A stretch of 29,607 nt of DNA, from assembly GCA_019058245.1 (NCBI GenBank), contig JAHPZJ010000029.1, positions 1-29,607 on the forward strand. The letters are read 5' to 3'. The position numbers and the translations under genes were made by a program. Shown here piece after piece: positions 25,646 through 29,607 of this stretch (position 1 is its first letter; each line of letters starts with the position of its first letter). Origin of the DNA: Promethearchaeota archaeon (lineage in GTDB: Archaea > Asgardarchaeota > Lokiarchaeia > Sigyniarchaeales > SOKP01). The notes beneath the pieces were generated by a model. It was not told the DNA's origin. It saw only the letters and a list, made by a program, of their open reading frames with translations, and searched no databases.

Positions 25646-25903
25646 TTTTACTTTTTTACCTTTTTTCATTGATTTTATTATCATTAACAAGTAGCAGTAA
25701 GAACAATAAAATTTTATTTTAGTATTCTTCCAAATAGTTGCCATAGGAGCTTGGAATGATTCTGGATATTTCCTTATAACATTTTCAAATGAATATTCTT
25801 TATTACAATTCCCACAATACCTTTTAGAAAGATCTTGCCCTTTAATATTATTTTCTCTACAAAAAGATTTAAATTCTCTTGAATTGCCATTATTTTTTGA
25901 CAT
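25631..25903 (-). CDS. Small putative zinc-binding protein (CxxC...CxxC)
   Basis: YCGNCNK and FYCSYCY; the gene starts 2 bp after the carbonic anhydrase stop. Confidence 0.7.
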   Translation of the reverse strand: MSKNNGNSREFKSFCRENNIKGQDLSKRYCGNCNKEYSFENVIRKYPESFQAPMATIWKNTKIKFYCSYCYLLMIIKSMKKGKKVKLNIL

Positions 25904-25905
25904 TC

Positions 25906-26823
25906 TTATTTATTCTCAGAATCAATTGAAATTTTTCTTTTCTCTGTATATATTTTCGGTATATATATTTTAACTCCATGAAATTGGATTTTTGGAATAG
26001 AAATTTTTGGTATTATAGTTGAATTATTATTTTTTAGCTTATCTTTCATGTCATCAAGTTCAATTTTGGATATTTTATTAGATTTATCTTCATTTTCAGA
26101 GATGGAAGAATTTATATATTCATTTAATTCTATATCTTGAGAATGATCGTTCGAGTTATCGATTATTATATTTTTAGGCTCTATTTCCTCTAAAAAATCT
26201 GTGAATTGATTTTTCTTATAAGCCAGTATTTCTTTATAATGTTGTCTAAAGCTCTCAATATTCTTATAATCTTTTATTTTCTCATATTCAAAAGCCAGAC
26301 CTGTTTCAACGTCATAGAGCATTCCGGATATTTCAGTTTCCGGATAAAATTCCTTAATCAATTCTAATGATTTTATTTGTTCTTTTATATTTTGTATCTC
26401 ATCTACGAATGGTTTAAAGAAACTTCTTAATTTTGGAATATGTTCATGATAATTTTGTGTTAAACTTGAAAGAAATTTTATTGGTAATTTTTCTCTAAAT
26501 TCATTTAAATTAATTTTTGTCATTCCACAATCCAAATGCCCCAAAACTACAATATATTTAATATCGTATTTAACTATAGCTAAAATAATAGATCTTAACA
26601 CATCCAAAGTATAGAGATTTCCAGCATTCCTTAAAACAAAGACATCTCCAAGATTGAATTGAAAAATTTCATTTATATTGATTCTCGGATCCATACATGT
26701 AAGAATTAAAACAGGATATTTTGGGATATTCTCAATCTTATTGATTTTATCTAATTCTTTTGAAAATTTTAAATGATACCGATAATTACCCTTTAAAATA
26801 ATATTTTTAATAATTTCTGCCAT
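25906..26823 (-). CDS. Beta-class carbonic anhydrase with C-terminal extension
   Basis: LTCMDPR, RNAGN, GHLDCG (CxDxR and HxxC zinc ligands) and GMLYDVETG. Confidence 0.93.
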   Translation of the reverse strand: MAEIIKNIILKGNYRYHLKFSKELDKINKIENIPKYPVLILTCMDPRININEIFQFNLGDVFVLRNAGNLYTLDVLRSIILAIVKYDIKYIVVLGHLDCGMTKINLNEFREKLPIKFLSSLTQNYHEHIPKLRSFFKPFVDEIQNIKEQIKSLELIKEFYPETEISGMLYDVETGLAFEYEKIKDYKNIESFRQHYKEILAYKKNQFTDFLEEIEPKNIIIDNSNDHSQDIELNEYINSSISENEDKSNKISKIELDDMKDKLKNNNSTIIPKISIPKIQFHGVKIYIPKIYTEKRKISIDSENK

Positions 26824-26843
26824 TATTTATCTAACTTATTTTA

Positions 26844-27656
26844 TTAATTTGAATATATTACTAAATCTTTTTCTTTTTTCTTAATTTTATTATAACTTAA
26901 ATCTACTTTATCCTCTGGGAAAGATATTAAAATAATTCCCCTAAATAATATAAAGATACCTGTAGCATAAAAACAACAGGCTAAGATTCCCTTAATTAAT
27001 TCTTTGCCCCCTAATTTAGCATTGAGATCCGAAATACCATTAACTAACTCTTCATTATTATGATCGAAAATCAATATTAGTACTGAAATAATCAAAAAAA
27101 TATAGAAGGATTCAAAAATAATCTGAAAATTTCCAATGATTAATTGATTAAATACGTTTAATATTAACGAAATACCTTGGTAATAAAACACCATCATAAT
27201 GATCACTAACCCTGCTCTCGAAGATATAGAACTTAACGAATAATAAAGGTTTAATCGAAGATTTTGGTGATAAATGTTTTTTTCATTTGTATTAGAAAGG
27301 AAATCTTTATCAATATTGAGAATTAAAATGAAAACACCCTTGATTAGAAGTATTATTCCTATTCCATGAAAAATACATCCAATTATCCCTAAACATAAAG
27401 CATCGAGAAGGATATAGTCAAATTCTTCATTATATATCATTGGAGAAATATAATTTTTATCATATATAAAAAATAAAAAACCAATAATAGAACCTAATAA
27501 ATACGTAGAAGATAAATAAATCCAATCAAAAGGATTTACCAAAATTTTAAGAAAAAATATAAAAAAAATAATGGATACCGATAAAGCAGGGATATACGAA
27601 ATTTTATCTAAAAAATGAATAGATTTTTTTATATATTCTACTGATTTATCATTCAT
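26844..27656 (-). CDS. Uncharacterised polytopic membrane protein with an internal two-fold repeat
   Basis: Multiple hydrophobic helices; LCLGIIGCIFHGIGIILLIKGVFIL aligns with LIKGILACCFYATGIFILFRGIILI. Confidence 0.7.
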   Translation of the reverse strand: MNDKSVEYIKKSIHFLDKISYIPALSVSIIFFIFFLKILVNPFDWIYLSSTYLLGSIIGFLFFIYDKNYISPMIYNEEFDYILLDALCLGIIGCIFHGIGIILLIKGVFILILNIDKDFLSNTNEKNIYHQNLRLNLYYSLSSISSRAGLVIIMMVFYYQGISLILNVFNQLIIGNFQIIFESFYIFLIISVLILIFDHNNEELVNGISDLNAKLGGKELIKGILACCFYATGIFILFRGIILISFPEDKVDLSYNKIKKKEKDLVIYSN

Positions 27657-27715
27657 TACTTAAATCCCTCCTTTAATATTTTCTAATATAAAAAAAAAAT
27701 TTCAATTTTTAGTAG

Positions 27716-28885
27716 CTATTTTTTAACCAGTATTTCCTTTATCTTTTCCGCACCACCGTTATTAAAGAACGCTTTAATTTTATCCGAATACTCTGGCAAA
27801 AGTTGTAAGAATGGCATAATTGCACGAGAAAGGGAACTAAATGCTTCATTACCGTCACCCATTATGAACATTTTATCTGGGCTCAAGTTTTTAAACACTT
27901 CCGGTAAAATGTTCGTTAATTGAACTGCTAAGAACCTTTCATCTGCAGTAGTCATTGCCTCGACTTGCTTCTTAAATCCTTCCGCTTGGGCAAGCATTTG
28001 TTGCTTTATATTCTCCGCTTCACCCTCCGCTTGAGCAATCAATTTTCGCTTTATTTGTTGAGCATCAGCATCAGCTTCAATGATTTTCTTTTGTCTATCA
28101 CCATCAGCTTCTATTTGTTTACGTTCTCTCTCTTGTTCTGCTATCGCAATTTCTTTATCCTTTCTTCTCAATTCAATTTCTTTTTCAACTTGTTGGTTTT
28201 GGATTCCAATCTCATTTTGAACTTCCAATTCTCTTATCCTGGATTCTCTTTCAGATTCTGCATTGGCTATCCTCGCTTTCTTTGCTTCAACTGCCTGTTT
28301 TACCGCTTCCATATTCTTTTTTAATCCAGGTTCTAAAATATTTACTTCTCGTATTTCAATTGATTCGATTATTACACCCCAATCCGCTGTTAACTCGTGT
28401 ATTTCTTTACTTACGATGTTTATTATTTCTCTACGCTCCCGAATTATTTTTTCAATGGGCATATTAGCACAAGTAGTTCGGATAATCGCTTCTGCAGCAT
28501 TTTTAAGAATCTTCTCTACATAGTTTTCATCTCTAGGAATCCAAGATACTGCACTAAACGCTTTTTCAGGATCAATTACTTTCCATATTAGCATTCCTAC
28601 AATTGAGATATTTTGGTATTCCATTGAAACAACTTGCTCGTGAGCTTCTAAAGTTGTTTGAATACTTGTGGTTGGAATTACAAGGTATTCATCAATCAAA
28701 GGTAGTAACCATAAACTTCCTCCCAATCCAGCATGCTTCACTTTTCCATTACGCAAATGTATAACAAATTGGTTTGTTTTGAACTTCCTATATCTTGTAG
28801 CCATGAAAATTAGAAATAAGAATGCTACTACTATTACTATAACTACTAGCCACGTTATCCATGTATATATTTCTTGAAACAACAT
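27716..28885 (-). CDS. SPFH/flotillin-family protein
   Basis: N-terminal TM helix, SPFH core (EAIIRTTCANMPIEKIIRER...WGVIIESIEIREV) and an EA-rich coiled-coil tail. GGAGG upstream. Confidence 0.93.
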   Translation of the reverse strand: MLFQEIYTWITWLVVIVIVVAFLFLIFMATRYRKFKTNQFVIHLRNGKVKHAGLGGSLWLLPLIDEYLVIPTTSIQTTLEAHEQVVSMEYQNISIVGMLIWKVIDPEKAFSAVSWIPRDENYVEKILKNAAEAIIRTTCANMPIEKIIRERREIINIVSKEIHELTADWGVIIESIEIREVNILEPGLKKNMEAVKQAVEAKKARIANAESERESRIRELEVQNEIGIQNQQVEKEIELRRKDKEIAIAEQERERKQIEADGDRQKKIIEADADAQQIKRKLIAQAEGEAENIKQQMLAQAEGFKKQVEAMTTADERFLAVQLTNILPEVFKNLSPDKMFIMGDGNEAFSSLSRAIMPFLQLLPEYSDKIKAFFNNGGAEKIKEILVKK

Positions 28886-28985
28886 TTCCTTATTTTTTAC
28901 CTCCTAATTTTTAATTCTAATATATTTTTAATAATTTTTTTATAAAATTTTAAATAATGATTAATATTTTGTTTTAATACCACTT

Positions 28986-29607
28986 CTATCTAACCCTGTT
29001 TCGAATTGAACTAAATTTATTATCAACTAATAAAAAACCATCTTTTATATCACAAATATATACTTCTTGTCCCTTTTCGAAAGATGAATCAGGATTTATC
29101 GGTTTTACGTGAATCTTTTCAAACTTCATTGGATTATTTGAAGGAATTCTAATAACTCCACCTCTCTTATCGACATCTAAAACAATGACTCCTTTTTCTC
29201 CAATTAAATTTTGAGTAGAAGATATGCTATAGTATCTTGATACAGCTATCTTTTTCCACGTAATAGAAATGAGTTTTGTAAATAGAAAAGTTACTGCTAA
29301 TGATGCAAAAAATATCAAAAATTTTATCCCTTCAGCAAAAAGATAATAGAATAAAATTCCTGATATCCCAAAAAATAATAAAGATGTTGAAAATAATAAC
29401 ATAAATGGAGCAGGAGTTGCATCATTCAATAGATCATAATGATCTCCTGTCTCATCAAAATGGTCAGCATGATCTACATGCCCTAAATCTGCGTGATCTA
29501 CGTGATCAATATGATCTACATGCCCTAAATCTGCGTGATCTATGTGATCAATATGATCTACATGCCCTAAATCTGCGTGATCTACGTGATCAATATGATC
29601 TACATGC
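28986..29607 (-). CDS. NfeD-like (YqiJ/YuaF-type) flotillin partner, 5'-truncated by the window edge
   Basis: TM helices followed by an OB-fold-like tail (LIGEKGVIV...GVIRI...FEKGQEVYICDI...LLV). The frame stays open upstream of 29429 through His/Asp repeats to the window end. Confidence 0.85.
   Translation of the reverse strand, partial: HVDHIDHVDHADLGHVDHIDHIDHADLGHVDHIDHVDHADLGHVDHADHFDETGDHYDLLNDATPAPFMLLFSTSLLFFGISGILFYYLFAEGIKFLIFFASLAVTFLFTKLISITWKKIAVSRYYSISSTQNLIGEKGVIVLDVDKRGGVIRIPSNNPMKFEKIHVKPINPDSSFEKGQEVYICDIKDGFLLVDNKFSSIRNRVR
29469..29607. repeat. 42-bp coding tandem repeat (at least 3.3 copies) encoding IDHVDHADLGHVDH
   Basis: ATGATCTACATGCCCTAAATCTGCGTGATCTACGTGATCAAT starts at 29469, 29511 (one substitution) and 29553, with a partial copy at 29595. 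Confidence 0.95.

Noticed and set aside
27965-28877. Several plus-strand ORFs inside the flotillin gene (also 16894-17094, 21466-21681, 22826-23153, 24047-24280 elsewhere)
   Set aside because: Antisense to well-supported genes and without recognisable motifs.
29469-29607. 42-bp repeats as a CRISPR array
   Set aside because: Units are head-to-tail with no unique spacers, keep the reading frame of the NfeD-like gene, and no cas genes are present.

Overview
Very AT-rich archaeal chromosomal segment, most consistent with an Asgard archaeon (Lokiarchaeia-like). Supporting markers are an actin-family gene, a single-gelsolin-domain protein, a Roadblock/LC7 protein, a C-terminal 'IPGY'+TM sorting signal and bulge-helix-bulge tRNA introns. 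The most striking element is a co-oriented minus-strand cluster (about 7.2-17.3 kb). In transcription order it holds a gelsolin-domain protein, a Roadblock protein, a protein with three Cdc48-N-like barrels, a Pro-rich linker and a VWA domain, an AbrB-ACT regulator, a charged/coiled-coil protein, a divergent actin-related protein, a helical-scaffold CHAT (caspase-like) protein lacking its catalytic dyad, and a PLD-fold protein lacking its HKD motif. The window also contains a 1000-aa TrmB-like protein with five copies of an ~80-aa helical module, a DEAD-box helicase, a solitary N6-adenine methyltransferase, Nnr, DUF169 and a B12-binding radical SAM enzyme. A tRNA-Thr/tRNA-Met pair carries three introns at non-canonical positions. 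Further right are a frameshifted beta-helix surface protein, YhhN, a PNPOx-MarR unit with a tandem palindromic operator, a beta-carbonic anhydrase, and an NfeD-flotillin pair with a 42-bp His/Asp-coding tandem repeat. All assignments come from reading motifs by eye; no database searches were run.
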